A stretch of 64,000 nucleotides of DNA from an uncultured Actinomycetota bacterium (GCA_963849935.1 CAWKJQ010000004.1:5972-69971); one strand, 5' to 3'; positions 31,345 through 42,315 are shown, numbered from the stretch's first letter. Numbers and translations are program-made. Notes: generated by a model from the letters alone, not told the origin.

Positions 31345-31830
31345 GTGATTTACATGACACTGCTGCAGGGCCCGCTGGCCGACCGCGACGCATGGTCGGC
31401 GGTGGGCGAGTGCGCGATCGAGAAGACGATGGCGGTCGTCGGCACCAAATCCGCGATGCTCATCATGCGCGAGGCGTACTACGGCACCACCCGGTTCGAC
31501 GACTTCGCCCGCCGGGTGGGCATCACCAAGGCCGCCACCTCGGCGCGGCTGGCCGAACTGGTCGACCTCGGGCTGCTGCGACGGCAGCCCTACCGGGAGC
31601 CCGGGCAGCGCAGCCGCGACGAGTACGTGCTCACCGAGGCCGGCATCGATTTCATGCCGGTGGTGTGGGCGATGTTCGAGTGGGGGCGGCGCCACCTGCC
31701 GGGCCGCAATCGGCTGCGGCTGACGCATCTGGGCTGCGGAGCCGAGGCGGCCGTCGAAATCCGTTGCGCCGAAGGGCATCTGGTGCCGCCCGACGAGCTC
31801 GGCATGCGACTGGCTAAGAAGTCTGCCTGA
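31345..31830 (+). CDS. HxlR-family winged-helix regulator
   Basis: [40 protein letters not shown]. Confidence 0.92.
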   Translation: MIYMTLLQGPLADRDAWSAVGECAIEKTMAVVGTKSAMLIMREAYYGTTRFDDFARRVGITKAATSARLAELVDLGLLRRQPYREPGQRSRDEYVLTEAGIDFMPVVWAMFEWGRRHLPGRNRLRLTHLGCGAEAAVEIRCAEGHLVPPDELGMRLAKKSA

Positions 31831-32806
31831 GCGCGGCCAGCAGCCGCCGGGCCGCGGCGACGCGGCGGACGGCGGGGCCGGTCAGGGTGTCCAGCGCGCA
31901 CTCGGGGTCGGCGGGCGGCCCCATGTGCCCGCAGCCGCGCGGGCAGTCCTCGATCGCCTCGGCCAGGTCGGAAAACGCCATCAGCACGTCGTCGGGCTGG
32001 ATGTGGGCCAGCCCGAACGAGCGGATGCCCGGCGTGTCGATCACCCAGCCGGAACCCAGCGGCTCTGTCAACGGCAGCGCCACCGACTGGGTCGACGTGT
32101 GCCGTCCCCTGCCGATGTCGGTCACCTCGCCGACGGCCCGATCCGCTTCGGGCACAAGGCGATTCACCAAGGTGGACTTGCCGACCCCGGAATGCCCGAG
32201 CAGCACGGTGATCTTGCCGGCGAGCAGGTCCGCCACCGCGAGCAGGGGATCGTCGACGCCGGCGGCGACCACCGTCAGGTCCAGGTCGACGAACTGTTGG
32301 GCGAACGGTTCCGGCGGGGCGAGGTCGGTCTTGGTCAGGCACAGAATCGGCGTCAGGCCGCCGGCATAGGCGGCGATCAGCGTCCGGTCCACCAGGCCGG
32401 TGCGGGGCGGCGGGTCGGCCAGCGCCACCACGATCAGCAGTTGGTCGGCGTTGGCGACCACCACCCGCTCGGTCGGGTCGGTGTCATCGGCGGTGCGCCG
32501 CAACACCGTTCGGCGCTCCCCGCGCCGCACGATGCGGGCCAGGGTGTCTGTGCGCCCGGACAGGTCGCCGACGACGTCGACGTCGTCGCCGACGACGATC
32601 GGGGTGCGGCCCAGCTCGCGCGCCCGCATGGCGGTGACCCGGCGATCGAGGTCGCCGCCCAGCACACACCCCCAGCGGCCGCGGTCGACGCTGACCACCA
32701 TGGCGGCCTCGGCGTCTGCGTGCTCGGGACGGGTCTTGGTCCGCGGTCGCGAGCCCCGGCCGGAGCGGACCTTGACGTCGGACTCGTCGTAGTCGCCGGG
32801 TCTCAC
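31814..32806 (-). CDS. rsgA: Ribosome small subunit-dependent GTPase A
   Basis: Circularly permuted GTPase motifs [24 protein letters not shown]; CPRGCGH...C zinc finger. Confidence 0.95.
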   Translation of the reverse strand: MRPGDYDESDVKVRSGRGSRPRTKTRPEHADAEAAMVVSVDRGRWGCVLGGDLDRRVTAMRARELGRTPIVVGDDVDVVGDLSGRTDTLARIVRRGERRTVLRRTADDTDPTERVVVANADQLLIVVALADPPPRTGLVDRTLIAAYAGGLTPILCLTKTDLAPPEPFAQQFVDLDLTVVAAGVDDPLLAVADLLAGKITVLLGHSGVGKSTLVNRLVPEADRAVGEVTDIGRGRHTSTQSVALPLTEPLGSGWVIDTPGIRSFGLAHIQPDDVLMAFSDLAEAIEDCPRGCGHMGPPADPECALDTLTGPAVRRVAAARRLLAALRQTS

Positions 32807-34109
32807 ATGCCGTGCTCCCACCATGCGGGCCCACAGCTGCGGGAACTCCGGCAGCGTCTTAGCGGTGGCGCCGATGTCGTCGACCTCGACTCCGGCCACC
32901 CGCAGCCCGATGATCGCGCCGGCCATCGCCATCCGGTGATCGGCATAGGCGCGCCAGGTTCCGGATTGCAGCGGGGTCGCGGTGATCACCAGGCCGTCGG
33001 CGGTTTCGGGGCAGTCGCCGCCCAGCCGGTTGATCTCGGTGCTCAGCGCGGCGAGCCGATCCGTCTCATGGCCGCGCAGATGGGCGATGCCGGTGAGCCG
33101 TGACACCGATCCCGGTGTCGCCAGCGCCGCCAGCGCGGCCACCGACGGCGTCAGCTCACCGACGGCGCGCAGGTCGACGTCGAACCCGTCGTAGTACCCG
33201 GAGCCGCGCACCTCGAGAACCGAATCGGTATGTGTCGACAACGGCATTGAGCTTGTCCAACACGGTCAGGATGTCGTCGGCGGGTTGCACGCTGTTCGAC
33301 GGCCAGCCGGTGATGCGCACCGTGCCGCCGGTGACCACGGCCGCCGCCAGGAAGGGAACGGCGTTCGTCAGGTCGGGTTCGACCTCCCAGTGCCGGGCCG
33401 CGACCGGTCCCGGCCGCACCTGCCAGCGGTTGGGGACCGAGTCGTCGACGTCGACGCCGGCCTGGCGCAGCATCGCCACCGTCATCGCGATGTGCGGCGC
33501 CGACGGCAGCGACGCACCGGTGTGCTGCACGGTCAGGCCCTCGGTGAACGAGGCCGCGCACAACAGCAGGCCGGAGACGAACTGCGAGGACGCCGAGGCG
33601 TCGATGTGCACGGTGCCGCCGGTGACCGAGCCGGTGCCCTGTACCCGGAACGGCAGACCGGAGCCGTCGATCCGCACACCGAGCCCGCGCAGCGCGTCCA
33701 GCAGCGGCGCGATGGGCCGGGCGCGGGCCTGCTCGTCGCCGTCGAAGTCGACCATCGATTCGGCCAGCGCCGCCAGCGGCGGAACGAACCGCAGCACCGT
33801 GCCGGCCAGGCCGCAATCGACCTGTGCCATCGGTTCCGGCGACATGCGGCCGCTGACCGTCAGTTCGGTCCCGTCGCCGTCGACGCTCAAGCCCAGCGTG
33901 CGCAGCGCCCCGATCATGAGGTCGGTGTCCCGGCTGCGCAGCGCCCCGGTGATGGTGGGGGTGCCTTCCCTGGGCGAGCCGGGGACTGGGTCCTGCGCGG
34001 CCGCCAGCGCGGCCAGCACCAGCGCGCGGTTGGTCTGCGATTTCGAACCCGGAACGGTCACGGTCGCGTGCACCGGCCGCGATGCCGAGGGGGCCTTCCA
34101 CGTACTCAC
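32803..34109 (-). CDS. aroA: EPSP synthase, with two apparent +1 indels (about 33235 and 32818)
   Basis: [50 protein letters not shown] split across two frames. Confidence 0.92.
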
Positions 34110-34153
34110 CGGTCCATCATCGCCTGTCGCCGGTTTCTGCCACCATGGAATGT

Positions 34154-34919
34154 ATGTGTGGACGGTTCGCGGTGACGACGGATCCGGCCCTGCTGGCCGA
34201 GAAGATCAAGGCGATCGACGAGGCCACCGGCGCCGACGCCGGTTCTGCCGCGCCCAACTACAACGTGGCGCCGACCTCGACCATCGCGACCGTCGTCAGC
34301 CGGCATTCCGAGCCCGACGACCAGCCGACGCGGCGGGTGCGGCTGATGCGCTGGGGTTTGGTGCCGCCGTGGGCCAAGGCCGGTGCCGGACGGCGCGCCC
34401 GAGACCAAGGGCCCGATGCTGATCAACGCTCGCGCGGACAAGGTCACCACGTCGCCCGCCTTCCGGACCAGCGCCAAGTCCAAGCGCTGCCTGATCCCGA
34501 TGGACGGCTACTACGAATGGCGGGTCAACTCGGCCGACGCTGCCGGTAAGAAGACCCGCAAGACGCCGTTCTTCATGTACCGCGAAGACGGGGAGCCGCT
34601 CTTCATGGCGGGGCTGTGGTCGGTGTGGAAACCGGCCAAGGATGCTTCGCCGCTGCTGAGCTGCACGATCATCACCACCGATGCGCCCGGCGAGCTCGCT
34701 CAGATACACGATCGGATGCCGCTGGTGGTGCCCGAGCGCGACTGGGACAAGTGGCTCGATCCGGACGCTCCGATCGACGAGGACCTGCTGGACCGCACGC
34801 CCGACGTGGGCGCCATCCGGATGCGCGAGGTCTCGACGCTGGTCAACAACGTTCGCAACAACGGCCCGCAGCTGCTCGAGCCGGCCGAGCCCGAGCCCGA
34901 GCAGGCCACGCTTCTCTAG
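34154..34919 (+). CDS. SOS response-associated peptidase (SRAP/YedK, Rv3226c-like), one apparent indel at about 34385
   Basis: MCGRF, YNVAPT, MRWGLVP / INARAD, DGYYEW, IHDRMP. Confidence 0.9.
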
Positions 34920-34937
34920 CGCACCCTCGGGACGCCG

Positions 34938-35174
34938 TTATGGCAGCGGGCCGATCGCCACGGTGTTGGCATTCACGCTCGCCGGGTCGCCGGGATGCTC
35001 GGTTGGCGGAGATTTGCACACCCCATCGCAAGAGTCGGTTGCGGGGTCCATGGTGGGAAACTGCAGCAATAACAGAGGCAACTGTTGCGCGGGATAGCCA
35101 CTGGCCATCGACGCAGCTGAAAGTCCAGTCGCGAGCGCAAGAACACTGGTAACAACCATCTCCTTGACGTTCAT
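34938..35174 (-). CDS. Small putative exported protein
   Basis: 78 aa; Lys then a hydrophobic signal-like stretch (VVTSVLALATGLSAASMA); CDGVC; AT-rich upstream region. Confidence 0.4.
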   Translation of the reverse strand: MNVKEMVVTSVLALATGLSAASMASGYPAQQLPLLLLQFPTMDPATDSCDGVCKSPPTEHPGDPASVNANTVAIGPLP

Positions 35175-35510
35175 CGATTCACTGTAGGGTGATGAATCAC
35201 CAGATCCATCGATGTTGTTGCCTCGTAACTGATTTGGAATGCTTTATTAATCACACGCGGGTAAGTTGCCCTGTTACGCGAAATACCAGTCAGGCCTTGC
35301 CGGTGATGCGGCCGACGCACCTACGCCGGCCTGAGACTCCTAGAACCCCGGCGCACAAGTGATTTGAAACGGCATCGATCGGGCGCACCGTGCACGGGCT
35401 GGTCCGCGCGCCGAATCAATTGCCAAGCACCAACTTCCAGTTACCATTGACGTTACGGTCCGGGATGCACCAGAAGTTGTTCCGGGATCTGCTGGTGGCC
35501 ATGTCCGTGC

Positions 35511-36281
35511 TCAGCGCAGCACCGTGCCGCCGTCGATGTTGACCACCTGACCGTTGATCCATTCACCCTCGGCGGAGAGCAGAAACGCGACCAACGCGGC
35601 AACGTCGCCGGGATCCCCGACGCGGGGTCCCCGGATGCGCTTGAGCGCTGCGGCCTGCAGCTCTGGCCATTGCGGAATTGATCGGATGGCCTCGGTCGCG
35701 GTGAAGCCGGGTGCGACCGCGTTGCAGCGGATGCCCTCCTTGCCCCACCGGGACGCGACGTGACGGGTGAGCGCGCCGATGCCGGCTTTCGCGGTGGCAT
35801 AGGCGGGCCGCGCGGGTTCACCCTGAAACGCCGCCGCCGAGGACATGTTGACTATCGCGCCGCCGCCGCGTTTGAGCATTTCCGGAATTGCGTATTTCAT
35901 GGCCGCCACGTACCCGCGCAGGTTCACCGCCATCACGCGGTCCCAGACGCCGAAGTCGATATCGACCACGTCGGTGTCGGAGCGGATGGTGCTCATGTCG
36001 GCGCCCACGTTGAACAGCAGGTCCACCCCACCGTAAGTCGTTGCGGCGGAATCGATCAGGCGGGCGACCGATGCCGGGTCGGAGAGGTCAAAGGCCACGT
36101 GGGCGGCCGTGCCCCCGGCCGCGGCGATGCGCGTGGCCGTCCGCTGCGCGGTGTCGGCGGCGACGTCACCGATGACCACCCGGCAGCCCTCCTCGCCCAG
36201 CCTGGCGGCCGTCGCCGCACCGAGGCCCGTGGCACCGCCGACGACTATTGCCACCTTGTCGGCCAGACCGCGCAACCCCAT
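35511..36281 (-). CDS. SDR-family oxidoreductase
   Basis: GGATGLG, NMSS, YATAK, NGQVVNIDGG. Confidence 0.92.
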   Translation of the reverse strand: MGLRGLADKVAIVVGGATGLGAATAARLGEEGCRVVIGDVAADTAQRTATRIAAAGGTAAHVAFDLSDPASVARLIDSAATTYGGVDLLFNVGADMSTIRSDTDVVDIDFGVWDRVMAVNLRGYVAAMKYAIPEMLKRGGGAIVNMSSAAAFQGEPARPAYATAKAGIGALTRHVASRWGKEGIRCNAVAPGFTATEAIRSIPQWPELQAAALKRIRGPRVGDPGDVAALVAFLLSAEGEWINGQVVNIDGGTVLR

Positions 36282-36436
36282 GAGCGCCCCTTCCCGCATC
36301 GAAGATATTTGACTTTACCTCTAGAACTGCAGAGGATCGCCAGTCATGGCAGGGATTAATCGCGAGCGGCCGACACCGAAAACTCTTGGGAGACGGCATG
36401 GCTCGCTAGATCGATCAATGAATTGAGGACCGGCGA

Positions 36437-37186
36437 ATGAACACCGTCAACTTCGATTTCACTGGCGCCCACGTGCTGGTGACCGGCGGCACCAGCGGTA
36501 TAGGCAATGCGATCGCTACCGGGTTCGCCGTTGCCGGGGCTGCCGTCACTGTCACCGGGACCCGCGCGTCGGCCGCCGACTACCCCGACACCGACCTAAG
36601 CGCGTTCACCTACCGCCGGTGCCGGATCCAGGACGCCGAATCCGTTGACGCTCTGGCGGATTCGCTCGGTGACCTCGACATCCTGGTCAACAACGCGGGC
36701 GGCACCTATCCCGCCGGCGACGAATACGACCCGGATGGCTATGTCGCGTCGGTGACGCAAAACATGCTCGGCCCCATGCGGCTGACCATGCGCTGCTACG
36801 AGCGCCTGAAGTCCAGCCAGGCCGCCGGCGGTGCGAGCGTCGTCAGCGTCGTCTCGATGTCCGCGTTCCGCTCGGCGGTCTTCGTCCCCGGCTACGCCTC
36901 GGCGAAAATGGGCCTGATCGCCTTGACGATGAACCTGTCCCGCCGGTGGGTCGACGACGGAATCCGAGTCAACGCCATCGCGCCGGGGTTCATGGACACC
37001 CGAATGACCCAGCCGGCCATGGGAATTCCCGAGGTGATGGACGTCGAGATCGGCTTCCACACCCCGCTGGGCAGGCCGGGCACACCGCAGGACTGCGCCG
37101 GCGCGGTCCTGTTCCTGTGTACCGATGCCGCGTCGTACATCACCGGCAGCACCATCGCCGTCGACGGCGGATACCTGACGGTCTAG
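36437..37186 (+). CDS. SDR-family oxidoreductase
   Basis: TGGTSGIG, NNAG, YASAK, ITGSTIAVDGG; RBS GAGGA. Confidence 0.93.
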   Translation: MNTVNFDFTGAHVLVTGGTSGIGNAIATGFAVAGAAVTVTGTRASAADYPDTDLSAFTYRRCRIQDAESVDALADSLGDLDILVNNAGGTYPAGDEYDPDGYVASVTQNMLGPMRLTMRCYERLKSSQAAGGASVVSVVSMSAFRSAVFVPGYASAKMGLIALTMNLSRRWVDDGIRVNAIAPGFMDTRMTQPAMGIPEVMDVEIGFHTPLGRPGTPQDCAGAVLFLCTDAASYITGSTIAVDGGYLTV

Positions 37187-37261
37187 CCATGAGCGACTTC
37201 GACAACGTCCTTGAGTCGCTCGAGCTGGCCAACACCCCCGGAGCCGCGGACAAAGTCGTCG

Positions 37262-37747
37262 TCACATTCCGGTGATGTCGGCGGTGATTGCGCCGGTAAT
37301 GCGGATCAGATCCTGCGGCGCCAGCGCGACCTCCCAGCCCCGGCGGCCGGCACTGCAGTACACCCGGTCCCACGCCAGCGCGCTGGAATCGACGACCGTA
37401 GGCAGCTTTCTGCGCTGACCGAACGGCGACACCGCACCGACGACGTAACCGGTGGTCCGCTCGGCGACCGGGGCTTCGGCCATGGACGCCTTCGCGACTC
37501 CGAGCGCCACGGCGGCCGCCTTCAGCGACAGCCGGGCGGTCACCGGAACGATCGCAACCGCCAGTCCGTCGGGGACGGCGACGATCAGCGTCTTGAAGAT
37601 CTGTCCGGATTCGATGCCGGCGGCCTCGGTCAGCGCTTTGACCGCCTGCGCGCCGAAGGACTGCTCCCGCCGATTGTGCTGGAAAGTCAAGACTTCGTGC
37701 GGCACACCGGCTTTCACCAACGCGGCGATGCCCGGCGTGGCGGCCAC
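37262..37747 (-). CDS. ybaK: YbaK/EbsC aminoacyl-tRNA deacylase (Rv3224A/B-like)
   Basis: IFKTL, AERTTGYVVGAVSPFGQ, SAGRRG. Confidence 0.88.
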   Translation of the reverse strand: MAATPGIAALVKAGVPHEVLTFQHNRREQSFGAQAVKALTEAAGIESGQIFKTLIVAVPDGLAVAIVPVTARLSLKAAAVALGVAKASMAEAPVAERTTGYVVGAVSPFGQRRKLPTVVDSSALAWDRVYCSAGRRGWEVALAPQDLIRITGAITADITGM

Positions 37748-37753
37748 GAACGG

Positions 37754-38614
37754 TCAGGGGCCCTTGTATCCCGGCGGGTTGACGCCGTCCACCCAGAAGT
37801 CGACGCCCAGCTTTGAACCGGGAATGCAGTCGTAGGTCGACAGGTCGGTGACGCCGGATTCCACCAGCACGTCCTCGCACAGCAACATGTTGCCGGTGAA
37901 CTCCTTGGCCGGCTTGTTGAGGATGACGTACGCAGCGTCGGAGTAGATCTCGGGCTTGCGCGCGCGTCCCATCGCCTCGTCGCCGCCGAGCAGGTTCTTC
38001 ACCGCGGCGGTGGCCACCAGCGTGCGCGGCCACAGCGTGTTGGAGGCGATGCCCTCCTCGCGCATCTCCTGCGCAATGCCCAACGAGCACAACGTCATAC
38101 CGAACTTGGCCATCATGTAGGCCGTCGGCTTCAGCCACTCCTGGCCCAGCAGCACGGGAGGCGACAGGGTCAGGATGTGCGGATTCTCCCGGCCCTTCAT
38201 GTGGGGCAGGCACGCTTGTGATACCGCGTAGGTGCCCCGCACCTGGATGCCGTTCATCAGATCGAACCGCTTCATCGGCACCTCGGAGATGGACCCCAGG
38301 TTGATCGCCGACGCGTTGTTGACGCAGATGTCGATGCCGCCGAACTGCTCGACGGTCTTGGCCACGGCCGCCTCGACCGAATCCGGGTCGCGGACGTCCC
38401 CGACGATCGGCATGGCCTGTCCACCGGCTTCCTCGAGTTCTTTGGCCGCGGTGAACACCGTTCCCGGCAGCTTCGGGTGCGGCTCAGCCGTCTTGGCGAT
38501 CAACGCGATGTTGGCGCCGTCCTGTGCGGCGCGCTTGGCGATCGCCAGGCCGATACCGCGGCTGGCGCCGGAGATGAACATGGTCTTGCCCTGGAGGGAC
38601 TTGGCGTCGGACAT
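37754..38614 (-). CDS. HSDL2-like SDR oxidoreductase (Rv3224-like)
   Basis: SGASRGIG, KTAEPHPKLPGT, NNASAI, YMMAK. Confidence 0.92.
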   Translation of the reverse strand: MSDAKSLQGKTMFISGASRGIGLAIAKRAAQDGANIALIAKTAEPHPKLPGTVFTAAKELEEAGGQAMPIVGDVRDPDSVEAAVAKTVEQFGGIDICVNNASAINLGSISEVPMKRFDLMNGIQVRGTYAVSQACLPHMKGRENPHILTLSPPVLLGQEWLKPTAYMMAKFGMTLCSLGIAQEMREEGIASNTLWPRTLVATAAVKNLLGGDEAMGRARKPEIYSDAAYVILNKPAKEFTGNMLLCEDVLVESGVTDLSTYDCIPGSKLGVDFWVDGVNPPGYKGP

Positions 38615-38699
38615 GGCGTCACACTAACGCCACGCCCGAATCGGCCGGATCGGGGCCCGATCAGTGCAGCCGGGACGCAACCGGGCCGATTCGCGGCCC

Positions 38700-38728
38700 G
38701 GAAATAGCGGGGTCACGCACGCTGTTGA
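38700..38728 (+). promoter_or_regulatory. SigH/SigE-type promoter upstream of sigH (autoregulation)
   Basis: GGAAAT-N18-GTTGA matches the GGAA...GTT ECF consensus. Confidence 0.65.
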
Positions 38729-38925
38729 TTCAAACGGTTTCACATGCGGTGGGGCGGACCCGGACGGACAGTGTCGGGGTCAGCCTTTAGATTGGGAGGA
38801 GCAGCGTGGTGTCAACGGCGACGAGCCTGTTAGGCGAGGAGCGGTTGGCTGGCTTCCTTGCGAGCCCGGTGGCGCTTTTGGTGCTCGCCGGTAACACCGC
38901 CGCAGAAGGGACCGGGTTGATTGAC

Positions 38926-39589
38926 ATGGCCGACTCTGAAGATGGCCGCGATGGTATGACGGGGCCCGCGCTTACCGACCCCGCACCGCACGAGGAGACG
39001 GACGCGGAATTAACCGCGCGATTCGAGCGCGACGCGATCCCGCTGCTGGACCAGCTGTACGGCGGCGCGCTGCGCATGACACGCAATCCCGCCGACGCCG
39101 AGGATCTGCTACAAGAGACCATGGTGAAGGCCTACGCGGGATTCCGCTCGTTCAGGGCCGGCACCAATCTCAAAGCCTGGCTCTACCGGATCTTGACCAA
39201 CACGTACATCAACAGCTACCGCAAGAAGCAACGCCAGCCCGCGGAATATCCGACCGAGGAAATCACCGACTGGCAGTTGGCCTCCAATGCCGAGCACTCG
39301 TCCACCGGGCTGCGTTCGGCCGAGGTCGAAGCCCTCGAGGCGCTGCCGGACTCGGAAATCAAAGAAGCGCTGGCTGGCTTTGCCGGAAGAATTCCGGATG
39401 GCGGTCTATTACGCCGACGTCGAAGGTTTTCCGTACAAGGAAATCGCCGAGATCATGGATACGCCCATTGGAACGGTAATGTCACGGCTGCACCGCGGCC
39501 GACGGCAGCTGCGTGGCCTGTTGGCCGACGTCGCCAAGGAACGGGGCTTCAACCGCGGTCAGCAGACCCACGAGGAGGTGTCGTCATGA
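38926..39589 (+). CDS. sigH: ECF sigma factor SigH, one apparent +1 indel at about 39373
   Basis: Region 2 ([24 protein letters not shown]) and region 4 ([23 protein letters not shown]) in adjacent frames. Confidence 0.93.
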
Positions 39590-39900
39590 GCGAGTTCTCC
39601 GGCCAGGGCGGCGCCTCGCCCGATGCATGCCCCAATGACGAGTCACATGGCAGCGTCGGCTGCGCGGAGGTCATCCGCCAGGTCTGGCTGCTGCTCGACG
39701 GTGAATGCGGCCCGGACACCCGCGAGCAGCTTCGCCGGCATCTCGAAGCCTGCCCGGGCTGCTTCAAGCACTACGGTCTCGAAGAGCGGATCAAAGCGTT
39801 GATCGCCACCAAATGCAGGGGCGAGAAGGCCCCCGAGGGCCTGCGCGAGCGGCTACGGCTCGAGATCCGGCGCACCACCATCATCCGGGGTACGCAGTAG
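39586..39900 (+). CDS. rshA: Anti-sigma factor RshA
   Basis: ZAS motif C...HLEACPGC (HxxxCxxC); ATGA overlap with sigH; RBS GAGGAGG. Confidence 0.93.
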   Translation: MSEFSGQGGASPDACPNDESHGSVGCAEVIRQVWLLLDGECGPDTREQLRRHLEACPGCFKHYGLEERIKALIATKCRGEKAPEGLRERLRLEIRRTTIIRGTQ

Positions 39901-39906
39901 CGCCCC

Positions 39907-39981
39907 TCAGGCGTTGGGCCGCTTACCGTGGTTGGCCTTGCTGTGTTTGCGGTCGCGCTTCTTACGGCCTCGTTTGGCCAT
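39907..39981 (-). CDS. 50S ribosomal protein bL37
   Basis: 24-aa MAKRGRKKRDRKHSKANHGKRPNA; RBS GGAGG upstream. Confidence 0.9.
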   Translation of the reverse strand: MAKRGRKKRDRKHSKANHGKRPNA

Positions 39982-40216
39982 GATGGAAAACCTCCGTGAT
40001 TGCTTGTCAAACCGGGCGCCCGGCGCCCGTCGGCTTGCCGACCATTGTCTCACGAGACGGCCTATGCAGTGTCTTCGCCCTGATGGGGGCGAGCGGGGGC
40101 CCCGTGTGCCCCGCTCGCGACTGGTCCTGTGGTTCGATGTATCCGACCCTGATGGGCCGATTGAACCGTGACGAACAGCAGCCAGCCTGCGCGAGGCCGA
40201 GACGAGTGGGGTGAAG

Positions 40217-40432
40217 ATGGCGGAGGATGTGCGTGCCGAGATCGTGGCCAGCGTGCTCGAAGTCGTTGTCAACGAGGGTGACCAGATCGGCAAGGGCGAC
40301 ATCGTGGTGCTGCTGGAGTCGATGAAGATGGAGATTCCCGTCCTGGCCGAGGTCGGCGGCACCGTCAGCAAGGTCAGCGTCTCGGTGGGCGACGTCATTC
40401 AGGCGGGCGACCTCATCGCGGTGATCAGCTAG
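40217..40432 (+). CDS. Biotin carboxyl carrier-like small protein (Rv3221c/TB7.3)
   Basis: LESMKMEIPV biotinylation motif. Confidence 0.93.
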   Translation: MAEDVRAEIVASVLEVVVNEGDQIGKGDIVVLLESMKMEIPVLAEVGGTVSKVSVSVGDVIQAGDLIAVIS

Positions 40433-40480
40433 CCGTCCGCCCCTTCGATCAGCCGCCGGGAACGACCCGGGGAGTAAGCG

Positions 40481-41980
40481 ATGTCAACTCTCGGTGATCT
40501 GCTCGCCGAACACACCATGCTGCCGGGTAACGCGGTGGACCATTTGCATGCGGTGGTCGGGGAGTGGCAACTGCTGGCCGACCTGTCGTTCGCCGACTAC
40601 CTGATGTGGGTGCGGCGCGACGATGGCGTGCTGGTGTGTGTGGCTCAGTGCCGGCCGAACACGGCACCGACGGCGCTGCAGACCGACGCGGTGGGCACGA
40701 CCGTCGGCTCCGACCGGTTGGAGATCGTGGCCGAGACATTCGCGTCGGGCACCGCCAAGCGGAATGACCTTGCGGGACAACAAGAGTCGTGGCTTCCCGG
40801 CACCCACGTCGAGGCGTCTCCGGTGCGCTACGGCGGCAAGGTGGTGGCCGTGCTCACCCACCACCAGACCGCGTTGGCCGCCGACCGCACGTCCGGACAG
40901 CTGGAGATCGCCTACCGGGAGTGCGCGACCGATCTGGTCCAGATGCTCGCGGAGGGGACTTTCCCGGACGTGGGGGACGTGGTGATGTCGCGCTCGACCC
41001 CGCGGGCGGGCGATGGCTTCATCCGCCTCGACGTGCACGGCGTAGTGGCCTACGCCAGCCCCAACGCGCTGTCGGCCTACCACCGGATGGGACTGACTAC
41101 CGAACTTGAGGGGCGAAACCTCATCGAGGTCACGCGCCCGCTGATCTCCGACCCGTTCGAGGCCCAGGAAGTGGCCGAGCACATAAGTGATCTGGTGGCC
41201 GGGGGGCGCAGCATGCGCATGGAGGTCGACGCCGGGGGAGCCACGGTGCTGCTGCGCACGCTGCCGTTGATGGCCGACGGCGCCAGCGCCGGTGCGGCGG
41301 TGCTAATCCGCGACGTCACCGAGGTCAAGCGCCGCGACCGGGCCCTGATATCCAAGGACGCCACCATCCGGGAAATCCACCACCGGGTGAAGAACAACCT
41401 GCAGACCGTGGCGGCGCTGTTGCGCCTGCAGGCCCGCCGGACTGTCAACGCGGAGGGGCGCGAGGCCCTGATCGAGTCCGTGCGCCGGGTGTCGTCGATC
41501 GCGTTGGTGCACGACGCGCTGTCGATGTCGGTGGACGAGCAGGTGAATCTGGACGAGGTGATCGACCGGATCCTGCCGATCATGAACGACGTCGCGTCGG
41601 TGGACCGGCCGATCCGGATCAACCGGGTCGGCGATCTGGGTGTGCTGGACTCCGACCGGGCCACCGCGCTGATCATGGTGATCACCGAGCTGGTGCAGAA
41701 CGCGATCGAACACGCCTTTGACCCGGCGGCGGAGGAAGGTTCGGTGACGATTCGCGCCGAGCGCTCCGCGCGCTGGCTCGACGTGGTGGTGCACGACGAC
41801 GGTCGCGGGCTGCCAAAAGGGTTCAGCCTGGAGACCTCCGACAGCCTCGGCCTGCAAATCGTGCGGACCCTGGTGTCGGCCGAGCTGGACGGCACCCTGG
41901 GCATGCGTGAGGCGCCCGCCCGGGGCACCGATGTGGTGCTACGGGTGCCGATCGGCCGGCGGACCCGATTGCTGCTCTAA
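40481..41980 (+). CDS. pdtaS: Cytosolic sensor histidine kinase PdtaS
   Basis: N-terminal GAF-like and PAS domains, EIHHRVKNNLQ, ELVQNAIEHAF, DDGRG, SLGLQIV; synteny (Rv3220c). Confidence 0.95.
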   Translation: MSTLGDLLAEHTMLPGNAVDHLHAVVGEWQLLADLSFADYLMWVRRDDGVLVCVAQCRPNTAPTALQTDAVGTTVGSDRLEIVAETFASGTAKRNDLAGQQESWLPGTHVEASPVRYGGKVVAVLTHHQTALAADRTSGQLEIAYRECATDLVQMLAEGTFPDVGDVVMSRSTPRAGDGFIRLDVHGVVAYASPNALSAYHRMGLTTELEGRNLIEVTRPLISDPFEAQEVAEHISDLVAGGRSMRMEVDAGGATVLLRTLPLMADGASAGAAVLIRDVTEVKRRDRALISKDATIREIHHRVKNNLQTVAALLRLQARRTVNAEGREALIESVRRVSSIALVHDALSMSVDEQVNLDEVIDRILPIMNDVASVDRPIRINRVGDLGVLDSDRATALIMVITELVQNAIEHAFDPAAEEGSVTIRAERSARWLDVVVHDDGRGLPKGFSLETSDSLGLQIVRTLVSAELDGTLGMREAPARGTDVVLRVPIGRRTRLLL

Positions 41981-42013
41981 AGGCGCGCGCGTGTACTGCG
42001 CGCACACGCAAAG

Positions 42014-42043
42014 GTGCGGCCCCGACTTTCGTCGAGGCCGCAC
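42014..42043 (-). terminator. Intrinsic terminator of whiB1 (possibly bidirectional)
   Basis: Minus-strand hairpin GTGCGGCCTCGAC-GAAA-GTCGGGGCCGCAC followed by CTTT. Confidence 0.7.
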
Positions 42044-42060
42044 TAATTGCGTTATGTGGG

Positions 42061-42315
42061 TTATACCCCGCTGCGGGCCTTCGTCCGGGCGTTGCGACGC
42101 TTCAATGCACGCCGCTCGTCTTCGCTCATGCCGCCCCAGACGCCCGAGTCCTGGCCCGTGTTCAGGGCCCAACCGAGGCACTCTGTGGTCACCGGGCACC
42201 GATTACAGACCAGTTTCGCGTCAGCGATCTGTGCGAGCGCCGGGCCACTGTTCCCTACCGGGAAGAACAGCTCCGGGTCTTCGTCACGACAGACCGCCTT
42301 GTGGCGCCAATCCAT
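42061..42315 (-). CDS. whiB1: WhiB1 Fe-S transcriptional regulator
   Basis: MDWRHKAVCRDEDPELFFP, CNRC, GVWGGMSEDERR. Confidence 0.97.
   Translation of the reverse strand: MDWRHKAVCRDEDPELFFPVGNSGPALAQIADAKLVCNRCPVTTECLGWALNTGQDSGVWGGMSEDERRALKRRNARTKARSGV

Noticed and set aside
31814-33247. Apparent AroA(C-terminal)-RsgA fusion ORF (477 aa)
   Set aside because: Removing one G at about 32818 restores ...GAG CAC GGC ATG TGA and the usual GTGA overlap; it fits the pattern of indel artefacts
38806-39900. Apparent SigH-RshA sigma/anti-sigma fusion (364 aa)
   Set aside because: SigH region 4 is intact in the adjacent frame and rshA has its own RBS and ATGA overlap; a single indel explains it
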